Assembly (NCBI RefSeq): GCF_009914755.1
Contig: NC_060936.1
Length of the DNA: 64,000 nt
Source: the human T2T-CHM13v2.0 reference genome, Homo sapiens
Reading direction: 5' to 3' (one strand)
Of this stretch, positions 36,909 to 48,900 are shown piece after piece. The position numbers and the translations under genes are program-made. The notes under the pieces were generated by a model that ran no database searches, was not told the origin of the DNA, and saw only the letters and a list, made by a program, of their open reading frames with translations. How positions within the stretch are numbered: the stretch's first letter is position 1; the number at the start of each line of letters is the position of its first letter.

Positions 36909-37036
36909 GCAAAAAAGAAAGACCCCCCCCCCCTTTAGCAACTCCCTTGAAGTTTCGTTTTATGGTAGCAGATAAATTGAGAAGTTTACGACTGTCATTT
37001 GCTTTTATAGAGAATAGAATGACACTCACAACTCTA

Positions 37037-38019
37037 ACTACCTGTCAGATACTTGCAGCTCTGGTTTTATTACCTTTGGACTTCCCCCACTCTTTATTTG
37101 TTTGGGGGCTGGAGGGGGGAGACGGAGAAACAGTGAAAAGTTCGGACTCTCTGTCTCACTCCTTGCCCCACACACACTTGTCCCTGCCCCCACCCTTCTG
37201 AGTCCTTCCTGGATTTTAAGGTCTGAGACCTGGCCTCCGTGCTCCTCGGTCTGTCTCTCACCACACTCCCACCTCCCTGCTTCTCTGGTATTTATTTTAG
37301 AGGGGAGCCCCCTCGAAATGCAGAAAAGGACTTGTGGTTTTGTTTTTATGCTAAGGCTAGTGTACTAGATGTACTTTTTCTAAAAAGGAAAGGACAGAAA
37401 AAAATGAAGAAAGGAAAGGAAGACAAATGTAAAGAAATAAGGAAAAAAGCAAGGAATATCCCCTCCCCCTCCCCCTCCCCCTCCCCAGGGCTCCCTGCTT
37501 AGAAAAACCCCCTTGACTTTCTCTAGGAACCTGATGGAAACCTGAAGGAGATGTGGGTCTTTCCCCTCCCCCCATTTCCAGAAGGGTAGATAGGAGCCTG
37601 CAGTCGCCTCTAAAATCCTACCTAACCATCCCATGGTCACTCGGGCCCATGCCTTCCTCTCCTTCGCTGTTTGATTTCTATTCTGTTGGGCCCGCCTTCC
37701 TCTGAGCTGCATTAGTGTTAGTGCTCAGAAATCACCATAATCACGAAAATAATAATAATAAATCTTTAACATACTACCTAAAGGGAACCTGCAATAATCT
37801 TGAAAAAGAAAAAGAGAAAAATTTTAAAATCCTGCTATAGGAGAAAAAAAGAGAAAAAAATAAAAATCAAAAAAAAAAAAAAAGAAAGAAAGAAACCTCC
37901 AGCGTATTTTATCACTACCTATAGAAAGAAATCCTGCTTTGAGAGTATTTGTAATGCGGTTTTGTTGTCGTTTGTTGCTGCTTATTTCACTAAGAAAACC
38001 CAACAACTGAGACTGCCTA
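37037..38019 (+). promoter_or_regulatory. miR-196 target-site array in the HOXC8 3'UTR
   Basis: ACTACCT 37037-37043; CTACCTA 37618-37624; ACTACCTA 37773-37780 and 37914-37921; near-full complement CCCAACAACTGAGACTGCCTA 37999-38019. Confidence 0.92.
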
Positions 38020-38273
38020 GCCCGCCGGTCCTGTGCGCTTTTATTGTGCTTCTAACCCCAGTAGAGTAGAACTAAATTGCACTGAATGTATAGTTAACTC
38101 TGTCTTGAATTCTCTGTTTATGCAATGTGCTCGAAAGAAAAAAATGTTAAAAATATATCTATAATAATAATTTTTTGTCATTTGTCTTTATGTCCAGCTA
38201 TGAATGTAGATTTTGTGTCCCGACAGCCCTGTTCCTGGTCCAAGTACTTTGTATTGTATACGTGAGTCATAAT

Positions 38274-38279
38274 AATAAA
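38274..38279 (+). terminator. HOXC8 polyadenylation signal
   Basis: AATAAA with upstream TGTA elements, at the end of a 3'UTR of about 1.4 kb. Confidence 0.7.
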
Positions 38280-39457
38280 AAGAAGAAGAAAAATAATAGA
38301 AGCTGGAATGACTTGCTTTTTCTCCACAGCTCTTCCCTATTCTCTACCTTCTCTCTCCTTATCCCCCTGTCCAACTCTCTGGAAAAGGTCTGCTTCACTG
38401 CTCTGGCTTTGGGGTTCAGAAACTCACGTGGAGAGAAGCCTGGGAATTGAGAAAGCATGCTGGCCTGGGAGGGCAGGTGAAAGGGGTGAGGGGTTGAGAG
38501 GAGGAAGAAAAGGAGCAGTCCATTGGTTGAGAGAGTAAGGAGTCTATAGGTATGCCCTTGGGGGAATCTTGGCTCCAAACAAAGTGGGTTTCCAGACGCC
38601 AGGATCCCAATGGGAAGAAAGATTTCCTCACTCATCCACCCTCCTCCTCCTCAGCCTTGGGCTGGGCCCAGACAAAGAATCTGCCCTATGCAACTATGAC
38701 TTTTTCTTCCAGGGTCTGGGGCTGAGGATGAGATAGTGGGATTCCTTCTGATCTCCGCATGCCCCTTGTGGCCAGACCTTAGCACCCAGCACCCAGCACT
38801 AGAATAATGAACCGGGTGGGGATGTGTGAGGCTCAGGGCAACTGGCTGGCCTGTCTGCAGGGCTTGCCTGAAGATGGGGGATGCTAAGAATGGAGGGTGA
38901 GGAAGCTTAAGCCTGAAGGAGAGGAGAAAGGAAGGGGAAAGTAAGTGAGCTCGTAGGCAACCAGCCTGAGCCCACATCCTGAAATTCACATTCAATCCTC
39001 TGCACAGGAAGATTGTCATCACTGTCATTCAGCCTGCTTGCGTCCACTCCAACTTCTGTTCAGACGGTTTAAAGTCCACTCCCCACTTCACCTTGGCAAT
39101 TGGTCAGCTTACCCAGCCCCCATAGTGTGGGCCATTGGCCTGGAGGATGGGCCTGCTGAGTGGACATCCTGCCACCCCAGTCACAACGGGGTAAGAGGGC
39201 GTCTTTATTGGTATCTTCATTCCCCAAAATGAAGAATTGAAGGCTCAGGGACCCAGGGGGTAGAAGGGTCTCTCACTTCTCTCTGGAGAGTCCTGGACTT
39301 AAAAATTCTGTTTATGCCAATAAGATTCTGGTCAAATAATCCCAAATTCCAGAGATACAAGTCTTCTGACTCAGTCAGGAGAGGGGAAAAGGGAGGGGAG
39401 GGATCTTCTGGTCTTAAAAACCAGACCCCCGAAGGCTGAAATATTTTTGAGGCCAGA

Positions 39458-39589
39458 TTTTCTTTCTTTCTTTTTCTCTTCTCTTCTCTTCTCTTCTCTT
39501 CTCTTCTCTTCTCTTCTCTTCTCTTCTCTTCTCTTCTCTTCTCTTCTCTTCTCTTCTCTTCTCTTCTCTTCTCTTCTCTTCTCTCTCTC

Positions 39590-39622
<33 letters not shown>
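39458..39622. repeat. (CTCTT)21 pentanucleotide plus (CT)n; 165-nt pure pyrimidine tract
   Basis: CTCTT repeated at 39476-39580; no purine between 39458 and 39622. Confidence 0.95.
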
Positions 39623-42259
39623 GTCCTCCCCACCCCTCATCTGTCTAGCTCCTGGTCAATGATTTTCCCAGACCTAGGCCCAGGCCAACTCTTGTTTTGT
39701 GGAATTTCACCCAGGTCCCAGTCACTGGTCCCCACGCAAACCGGGCCTGAAAATCGGGCCTGAGTAGAGAATTGAGTCGGGCTTCCTTCACAGGGGGACT
39801 CCTGCAGTCCGAGAAAGGCTGTGAATTGGAAGCACAGGCTGCAGGCAGCTGGGGCAGCTTTGAGCAGGAGCTCCGGGAAATCTTCTCTAACCTGGGGTCC
39901 CTGCTGTGAGCAGCGGCACCAGCCAGGTAACCTGTTCTCAGTGGGAGACACCGGCTACCCACCAGGGAAGCCAGAAAAGAGGCCATTTCGCTCAGACCTC
40001 AGGCCTTCCCACAGGCGTGTCCTCCATACTCCGAGGGATGGCTGAGGTCCCGTTTCGTTTTTAAACGTGGAATTATGATTGCTATTAATAAAAATATCTG
40101 GCCCAGTAGCCTAGCGGAATGAACCCAGCATTAAATGGCTCCGAAGGGCCTCGCCGCCTTTTCCCCACACCAAATGTGCCATTTATCCCTTGTCCTGTTC
40201 AGCAATGTCCGTGGCCCCAAGCCCGGCGCGTCGGAGGGCGGGGTGCGTCTGGCGCCCGGCTTTACTCGAGATGCCAGGCATGGAGAGGGCTAAGCCGAGG
40301 GAGCCCCAGCCACCCCCTCATGCAGTACCCGCTCCCCCACCCCTCCTGCCCACCGCCTCTGTTTTCTCGTTTGGAAAGAAATGGAGGTAAAAACCCGTTT
40401 TATGGGGGAACGTAATTGTGAGCGGGATGCGCTCTCTTTAGAATCGCGTCCTCCCAAATGCTCCCGCCGTCCCATTACCGGAATGGGGACCATTCGGCTG
40501 CTGCAGATAGGACTTTCTCTCCCATTCTTTACTTTTTTATTAGCCAATCAAAGTGGCTTCCGAAAGCCATTTGTGATTTGTGAAAAATAGTATCTTTCAA
40601 AATGCTGAGTTGAAGCATCTCGCTCATTGCTCCTTGAATTTATTATTCTAATCTCAACCGTAGAGCTGGAATAATGCAGCTATTAAGTTGGGGGGCAAAT
40701 TCGTTTCTCTGGATTAAATTTTTTTTCCTCCCCACTCCCTCATTGCATCAGCCAAGGAAGGTGCGGACCTGCAAGAGATCTGGGGGTGGGTGAGAGAGGT
40801 AGTGAGCGTCCTGAAGGGCTCCTTGAGGGACCCTTGGATAGGCGAGTGGTTTGGTCTCCCCAGTCTTATCTTCCCCAGATAAGATGCCCTAATGACTGCC
40901 TGCTGGCTGGGAAAGTTACCCCGCCCAATTAGGGAGAATTCAGGACAGGTTGTGCCACAGTCTAGAAGTAAAATTTCCGGTGAGCTGCCCGCAGCGCCGT
41001 CCCATTCTCCCCGCTGCCCATTGTGAAAAGCTGGGCCAGCGCTTCCTTGTCGTAATTTTTAACTACCTGTTATAAAATTTATGGGTGGGTTTGTGAAAAG
41101 AAACGAGGTCCCTGCATCCGGCCTAGGGAACTGCTTTTCTTACTATGGAGGAAGTCTGGGGAAGGCATGAGGTATCCCCTCTTGGTCAGGGTTGAGGCAC
41201 CCAACCATTGAGATTCCCATGCCAGCTTGATGCGGGACCAAGTGGAGAGATGCCGGCCTTCAAATCTCGAGCCCGTGGGGAGAGTGACCTGCCTGCAACC
41301 CCTCCCCCGGCAAATAGTCTCTATGGGGGAATTTATTCTGGACTCACCTTCAAAATTAGGGGTCTGGAAAAACAGGCTGCTCGAAATTTTAGCACAGAAG
41401 GTGGAATTCAGGGCAGTAAAAGGTTATTTTTTCAGGCCTCGGTAGTACATCCCAGCTGCCCAGACATTGAATCAGGAAATTTTTCTGAGAAAGGCAGGTG
41501 GGTATGGGCAATCTGACACGATCCAAAAGGCTTACTGCCTTGCACCCCTCCCCGCAAAAAGGAAGTAGAGACCAAGATCTTGGGCTTTAATTTTATTTTT
41601 AATTGTAAAAAGATTTCAAATAAGCCACCATTTGAACTGGGAAGGGAAACTAGGGATGGTCTTGGGGGAAAATGTCATTCTCTCTAAGAAAGGGACCCCG
41701 GGGATGTGGGTCGTTTTGAGGGTCCTAGAAGTTGACCCCAATTCTCACCTCTCCTGCTGCACTGCAGGATTGCCCAGGGTAGGTCTAGTCCCCTAGCCCT
41801 AGGTTCTTCAGACCACTCCAGGTCAGGTTTGGTTGGGTGGCTGCCAGTGGTCTTCCACTACTGTTCCTGTCTAGGGTGGAGTAGGAGCTTTCAGGGGTAC
41901 GGCATAGAGGGGATGTTGTTCTCTTACTAAAAAAAAAAAAAAAAAAAAAAGGTAGGGGTAGGGAGGCACCCTTTCAATCCCTGCAATTCACCAGCCATCA
42001 CTGCCTCAAGGCCACAAATCTTTGCAAAGCTTTGAATTCCGCCTGATCCAACCTTAATGCCCCCATTTATTAAGGACAATATTTAAAACTCGGCAAGCCA
42101 GGAGAGGCAACCGACCCTCAGTGCTTGAAGCTTTCTTTCGCCTGGGCGTCCGCCCTCAGCTCTTTCTGCGCTCGCCTGCAGCAGCCTGGCCCGTGGGGAG
42201 TGGGCGGTGGGTGGGGGTAGGGGTGGGGTGGGGGTCCGGGGATGCTCCCTCTATGAGAG

Positions 42260-42430
42260 AATTGGGTAAACATGGCGACCGCGGCGCCCATTTGCACACG
42301 CTACACAAATGCATCGCATTCCCGGTTGTTTGCAGAAAATTTACAGCTGAGTAATAAAAGTTTACGATCGACTCACAAGTTGGATTGGCCACAAGAAGTC
42401 ATGTGGATTCCATCCATGAACGTGAACTTT
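42260..42430 (+). promoter_or_regulatory. Distal promoter shared by long HOXC6/HOXC5/HOXC4 transcripts
   Basis: YY1-like AACATGGCG 42269-42277, Hox/Cdx-type TAATAAAAGTTTACGA, ATTGG 42384-42388, GTCATGTG 42398-42405. Confidence 0.65.
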
Positions 42431-42987
42431 TTATTGTGGTTTGTCCGTTCCGAGCGCTCCGCAGAACAGTCCTCCCTGTAAGAGCCTAACCATTGCCAGG
42501 GAAACCTGCCCTGGGCGCTCCCTTCATTAGCAGTATTTTTTTTAAATTAATCTGATTAATAATTATTTTTCCCCCATTTAATTTTTTTTCCTCCCAGGTG
42601 GAGTTGCCGAAGCTGGGGGCAGCTGGGGAGGGTGGGGATGGGAGGGGAGAGACAGAAGTTGAGGGCATCTCTCTCTTCCTTCCCGACCCTCTGGCCCCCA
42701 AGGGGCAGGAGGAATGCAGGAGCAGGAGTTGAGCTTGGGAGCTGCAGATGCCTCCGCCCCTCCTCTCTCCCAGGCTCTTCCTCCTGCCCCCTTCTTGCAA
42801 CTCTCCTTAATTTTGTTTGGCTTTTGGATGATTATAATTATTTTTATTTTTGAATTTATATAAAGTATATGTGTGTGTGTGTGGAGCTGAGACAGGCTCG
42901 GCAGCGGCACAGAATGAGGGAAGACGAGAAAGAGAGTGGGAGAGAGAGAGGCAGAGAGGGAGAGAGGGAGAGTGACAGCAGCGCTCG
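42431..42987 (+). other. Shared non-coding 5' exon of HOXC6 variant 2 and long HOXC5/HOXC4 transcripts (start approximate)
   Basis: Strong donor TCG|GTAAGT at 42987|42988. HOXC4/5/6 are known to share an upstream non-coding exon, and I recall its 5' sequence as TTATTGTGGTTTGTCCGTTCCGAGC. Confidence 0.75.
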
Positions 42988-45900
42988 GTAAGTGTTTCCT
43001 TATTGGTTCAAATATGTAACTAATGGTCCGTGGCGGTTTCAAGAATAGGACAGCAGCGGCTTCTCTTGGTTAGGGAGAAGAGGGGGCTGGCGAGAGGGTG
43101 GGCGCGTAGTTAATTATGGGGAGGAAAATTGGCGGGGGGAGAGAAACGGGGTTAAACTGGAATACCGGTAACTGGTAGTGGGGCGATTGTGTTGTCCTGA
43201 TGTCACTGTGTGCCAAGTTGGGGGTGGGGAGGCAAGGGAACAGCACCTGTGGGGCTCAAGCCGGCGGTCTAGGGCGCCAGCTCTCTGCTGCCCACTGTGT
43301 CAGTACCTGCTTATTATAGATCTTCGGTCTCTTGGCTAATGGAACTGGGTCGGAGCGGAACTGGAAGCTCAAGCTCCAGGCAGGAGAGAGAACTTAGAGG
43401 CTGTGCCCATTGCCCCCTAAGCAAAGTTAGCCCCCCAACCCCCAAACAAACTTTCCAGCTTCCCCTCCCTGTCTGGCAGCCCCCTCCCTCCCAGAGAGCG
43501 CGACTGCTAGAGCTCACACATGCGCAGTGTGGGCCCAGGGCCGGGCCGCCGAGCAGGAAGCCGGCGCAGCTAGGCGGCCGGCGGGGCCTGTTAATTGGCA
43601 ATTAGGGGGGAGGCTGGTGGCTGGTGCGCGTCAGCCGAGAGGAGAGCGTCTGCCCACCCCCTGCTCCCGCCCCCACTCGGGCGGATGGAAGGGTGGGAGG
43701 TGCCCTGCGTTGGGTGGAGGGTGGAGGTTGTAGGGTGGGGGTGGGGGATGCTGTACTCAAAAGCCATCTTGTGCTCAGAGAAAAGAGGCCTACCGGCTTT
43801 CCCTTCCGGGGTCCGGCGCCCCTCACCCCCAGCCGCGGCCATCCCAGCCGGGATGCCCACTGGACCGGGATGCCCGCTCGCCACGCATGGCTGCTCTGGG
43901 CTAGGACCTGCCTCGCCTCGGGGGGAGGTGGAAATGGGGAAGGCCCTAGGCTGGGCGGGGACAGGCCCAGTCCTCCTGGTAGAGTCTCCTAGGTGCTGTG
44001 GAGGCAGTGAGGATTCCGGGGGCTGCTGGCTTATGGGGTAGAGGCGTCAGCCTGGGGCGGCGGGAGGGTCCTGGGCACTCGGGATCTCTCTAATAATTGG
44101 TGCTAATGGCCTGTTGTATAGTCTTAACCCGACGCATATGGTTTCATAACACAGTGGCTTAATTTCTTCCAAATGTACGTGGCCCTGAATGTGTTGCAGT
44201 TTGATATATGACCCCGCCCTGCTCCCCGGCCTGGGTCCGAGGCTCCGAGGCGGCCCCATAAGTGTGAATTTCTGTTTATAAACGGCGACGCACAGCAAAC
44301 GCCTACACACCCAGGCAGACACACCCGGAGGCGTGGGGGAACATATTCCAGACGAGGTCCGAGAGAACCTGGGGGCCAGACTTACCTTAATCTAAGCCAA
44401 GACACCCCCTCTACCCCCACCCTCTCCCAGAGGCGCGACTGGGATTCTGCGCCAAGTCCCAGTGGGGGAGGGGATCGCTCCACGATTTCCTGTTTAAACC
44501 CTGACCCGTCGCCTGTGGGGGGGCGGGGATGGGGGAAGAAACCTGTTTTTATCAAATTTTTAAAAATACAGTTTGCATTCAGATCAAACCGTTTGGGCCA
44601 GAGCTGACGGTGAATTTTATCTCCCCTCCCCCCACAACCCCCTTCCCTTCCTTTTCTGCCCCCGCTAAATTCCCCTTTCGCAGCCATCATAAAGGCCTCT
44701 GAGGTATTCTCCCGCGGGAAGAAATGGCATTTTCTCTCCCCCTCCCCCACCCCCCCCACCCCCAGTAGGACTTGTGTGTCGGCAGAGGCGTCTGACGAGG
44801 GGCTAATTTCGCTTTCCTTGTTTACGATCGAGAAAAGCGCTTGGCTCTCCCCAAATGGGCCCAGCCCGCCGCCTGCTCAGGCTGCCGCGCGCTCTCCCGC
44901 CGCTCAGGCACGGCCCAGTGGCTGATGCCCCGCGGATCCAGCCTGCGGCAGGCCGGAACCCGGAGTCTGTGGGACCTGAAAAGGGCAAAGGGAGTGCGGT
45001 GGGACACAAGAGGGGCCCGAGAGGCCCGAAAAAGGGAGCCTTTCTCCTGGAGTAATGTGGGAATCGCCGACCGGTGAGGCCTCTATTTCTCTCTTTCGCC
45101 TGCATTTTGTCCGCCCCCGCCCCTGTGGATGGCCGCTGATGGGGGGGAACACAAGTGTCCTTTGTCCGTCCCCGAAAGAAAACCTTTTCCAGAGAAGGCC
45201 ATTCAGGCCAGTGGAGATTCACCTAGAATATTAGAAGGGCCCCCTCCCACCCGAGGGGCGGGCCTGGGCGAGGCTGAGGTATTTCTCTTAATCCTAGAAC
45301 GACCTCACTGAGTGTACCCACAGCGAGATTTGGAGGTGCTAGAGTTCGAGGTTGGCCGCTTAACAGCACCATCCTGAGGTGTCTTTATATAATATTTTAA
45401 TTGATTTTCTGTCCCTTCCTGGCTACAGCCCTGCAGCTCCCCCACCCCCATCCTATGCCCTTCACCCCTAGACCCATCCTTACAAGACAGAGGCAAGCAG
45501 AGAAGGCATAGCAGCAGCGACCGGCGCTCTGTTTTCATTTTCCACTCTGGCCAGGGGATAAACTGGACCCCAGTGGACTCCAACACCAACTCTCTGCTTC
45601 CCAGTTACTTTCGATTTTCTTTCCCTTCTCCTTCTTTCTCTCCCTCTCTGGCATTCAAACAGAAGCACAAGAGGACCCACCAGTGGCAACTCTAAGCCTC
45701 CTTGCAGGCCACATTCCCTGCTGACGTGGTCCTTCCTGCAGGAGAGCCCTTCTGTGATTATCTAATAATAGCCAGGGTGGCTGAGAATAGAATCTGGCTC
45801 AAGGACTCTGCACACCCGGGGCAGAGACACTGAATCTGTGGGTCAGGGCCTGGCAACATTCCTTGGAGCCTCCCCCTCTGAGCCCACTCTTTGGGCACCC

Positions 45901-48900
45901 TTAGGCTTGCCTGCCCCCCTTATAAGGGGCTTTGTCAGCCCTGCCATCCGCTGTATTTCATGTGCTGGTTCCTAGCTAAGGAGAATTGGGCAGAGCAAAC
46001 CCTTTCTCACCCTGGTCTGACAGTTGTGATCCCGACAGAATGCGACCTTGTTTGGAGAAGGCGACCTTGTTGGGTTGGCTGTGTTCTGAAACCAGGCTTG
46101 GGAGTGTTATATATTTATTATATACAGGCTTAAATATACAGACTCAGGCTTATGCATGAATATATACAGACTCATATTTCCTTGGTGGTTAATTGTATAT
46201 TACCATGCCTATATTCGCTCAAACACCATTTTATGTTCATGCAAAATTTTGTTAGTCCTCACTAGATGAGAGTGGGCTCATGGAGGCACCGGGTGCACTG
46301 AGCAGGCCCTCTGTGCATGCTCTGCTGGAAATATGTGCTCACTGGAATCGGAGTATGCGGGTTCCAGTAACCAATGGATGCCATAAAGGCTTTCTCAGAC
46401 CTTATTGCTTTTGTTGCCCAAGCAGCTGGACTGGGGAAATACTAAATCCCTTCTGCTTTCTCTCCACACCTCCTGGCAAACTCTCCCAACTTAGAAATTA
46501 TTTTACAAGGGAGACCAGTTGTCTTGAAATTGAGTTCTGCGGGATTCTTTTCACGGGCATGGTGGGGCTGCAAGCAGTTCGGAGTAGTCAGGGCCCTGGC
46601 GCTGGAAGCCTCACTGGAGCGATGAAGGGATCAGAGTGGTTAATAAGGTGGCCTCTGGACAGTGATCTGGGGCAGCTGCTGGCCAGGGTGCTTGGAGAAG
46701 CTTGTGGAAAAGGCAAGCCAAAAGGGGTAGGGATGCAGTGAATATCTGTTTCTCCCCCTGCTTGCCCCAGCCGGCCGCTCACCCCGCCCCAGCCCGATTT
46801 GCCTGCATCCGTGGCGGCAGATTGGGAGTTCTCTAAGGTCCCCCAAATACCCAGATCTGGTTACTGGATGAACTGCGTTTTAATCCTCGTCGCTATCTGA
46901 GCCAGGACAAGACCTGGTCAGGGAGACGGCTGGTCCGGGCAGCACGGGAGAGGACGCTGGACCCGCTGCCTGTGGCCTGGAGCACTGAGTATGGGCTACC
47001 AAGGCTGAGAATTGATGGGCCTCCTTTCCCAGCCTTTTTCCCTTCCAGAGACACAAAAAGACAGAGCAGAGGGGAAATATCAATGTCAGTGGAAAACCCC
47101 ATAAAAGAAAGCAGGGACCAGAGCGGGGCTGGAGGGGTTTTCCGCTACTCTCTCTAGGTGATCGGGTTCCTCCCAAGACTCTTGTCCAGACAGGCTGCAC
47201 CAAGAGGTGTGCAGCTTTCTTCCACCTTCCTCCCGCCCTTCAAGGAGGGCAGCCTTAGGCTTTCTGGGCCTTGGTCACCCCAGGCACTGGGGTGACATTA
47301 CTCCAGGATTGTGCCCCTCGCCCAGCCCACGGCCTCTGCCACGGCGCCGCAGCCGCTCCTGTTTATTGTGTCTGTGAGTTGTTTACTTGTTTTGTCTGCT
47401 GCCACCCTGCGTCAGAAACCCGCCAAACCAGCGAACTCGCCCAGGAGAACAAAGTGCTGTGCTATCCCCGGACTCCCTCCCCTTTCCAGCAACCCCCTCC
47501 TGCCCTCACAAGCTCCTGCATTCTCCCTTTCGGAGGGGAGGAAGCAGAAATAGTCTTAAAACAGGGCAGCTGTTTATAGGGTCAGGGGAATTATGGGGAC
47601 ACCATAAACCTCTGGGTGTCCCTGTGGTGGACAGACTTCTGAGCAGCCCTTCCCTTGCCTAGGCTTTTCTTCCTTCCCCTGGTGACCACTTGGTTAAGGG
47701 GGCCACACTCATTGAGAAAGTTGAGCCCACCCCCATCAACCCAGTCCCCCACTACCCCACTCCTTTCTGCAGGAGTTTCCCTGAGACACAGGTTGTTGGG
47801 TTTTAAATCAGGGTAATGTTGGTGGATTCATAAAGCTAGATATAGCATGTCATTCTTCTCCCACACTCCCTCTCCTCAGCCCCCCAAAATTGCAGTGAAT
47901 TTAAGCAAATCCTACAAAATTAAATTGCCCCTTTGCTAAAGATCCTATATGTCTCCAATCCTGCCAGGTGTAGAGTCAGATAGTTGGCTTTTGGCCTTTA
48001 ATTTTGCTGCTAGCTATTAAATTTAAAAGAGTATCATTGAAGTAAGTAATATTCTCATTTCTGAAATTAATTTTCCCCTCCCAGTCTCTCTCTCTCTCTT
48101 TTTGCCAGCACAGATTAAATGGTTCTTTCAGATCTGCAAACAATAAAGGATAAAATTATTTATAGGGAAATGAGGATGCTGTTTTATTGTTGGCATATTG
48201 TTCCAGAACATAACAACATTTTATTTTCAAGCAGGAGAGGTTAGACCAGGGGGAGAAAGAGGGGGAAAGGAAAAAACATGAAAGGAGGGCAGGAACCCAC
48301 ACACAAAACTCCTGCCATGTATAACTGGTAGGACATTTACAATTTCTATATGACAACTCACTGTGATGTCATAATACCGAGTTCTTGAATTTTATAATTC
48401 TCATGAACCTCTCAAATGGGTCCAAGCAGTGCTTCATGTGGAGGGGTATAGAAGAAGCCAGGAGGCTGGGGATCCTTTGACCCAGTGCAGAGCAGCACAC
48501 CCCCTATTGCGGCTTCTTCCTCATGTGACATCCTCTTGAGGCCCTATTCTGGGGGCTGAAAATATTCTGGATATTCTGCATTTTAATTTTTCTCCTGGGC
48601 CAAGCAGGGCCACTTGCTTTGCCCCCCTCAAGTGTCCCTAGGCATCTAAGCTCTCTCCCCATTCCCAGATCACAGAGAGCTGTGTCCCCAGGCTCTCCCC
48701 AAGCCCCCTCCTCAGCTAATACTCAGCTGCTTGGAATAGAGGTGGGAGGCTTGGGCACCAGCCCCCAAAAAGCCAGAAATGATTTTTTCCAGATGGAGCT
48801 GGAAGGGGGCTCAGGGCTGAGCGTGATGGGGTAGAGATGTTTGGGACCTATTTTACGTTTTAACCTTAAGTCAGAGAAGTGAATTGAGAAGCCAAACAAA

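Noticed and set aside
39217-39662. ORFs with REEKR/FSSLL repeats, and CVCV/ERER ORFs elsewhere
   Set aside because: Translations of microsatellites.
46093-46175. Short direct repeats (ATATACAGACTCA twice, CAGGCTT three times)
   Set aside because: Too short and irregular for an array; likely local slippage.
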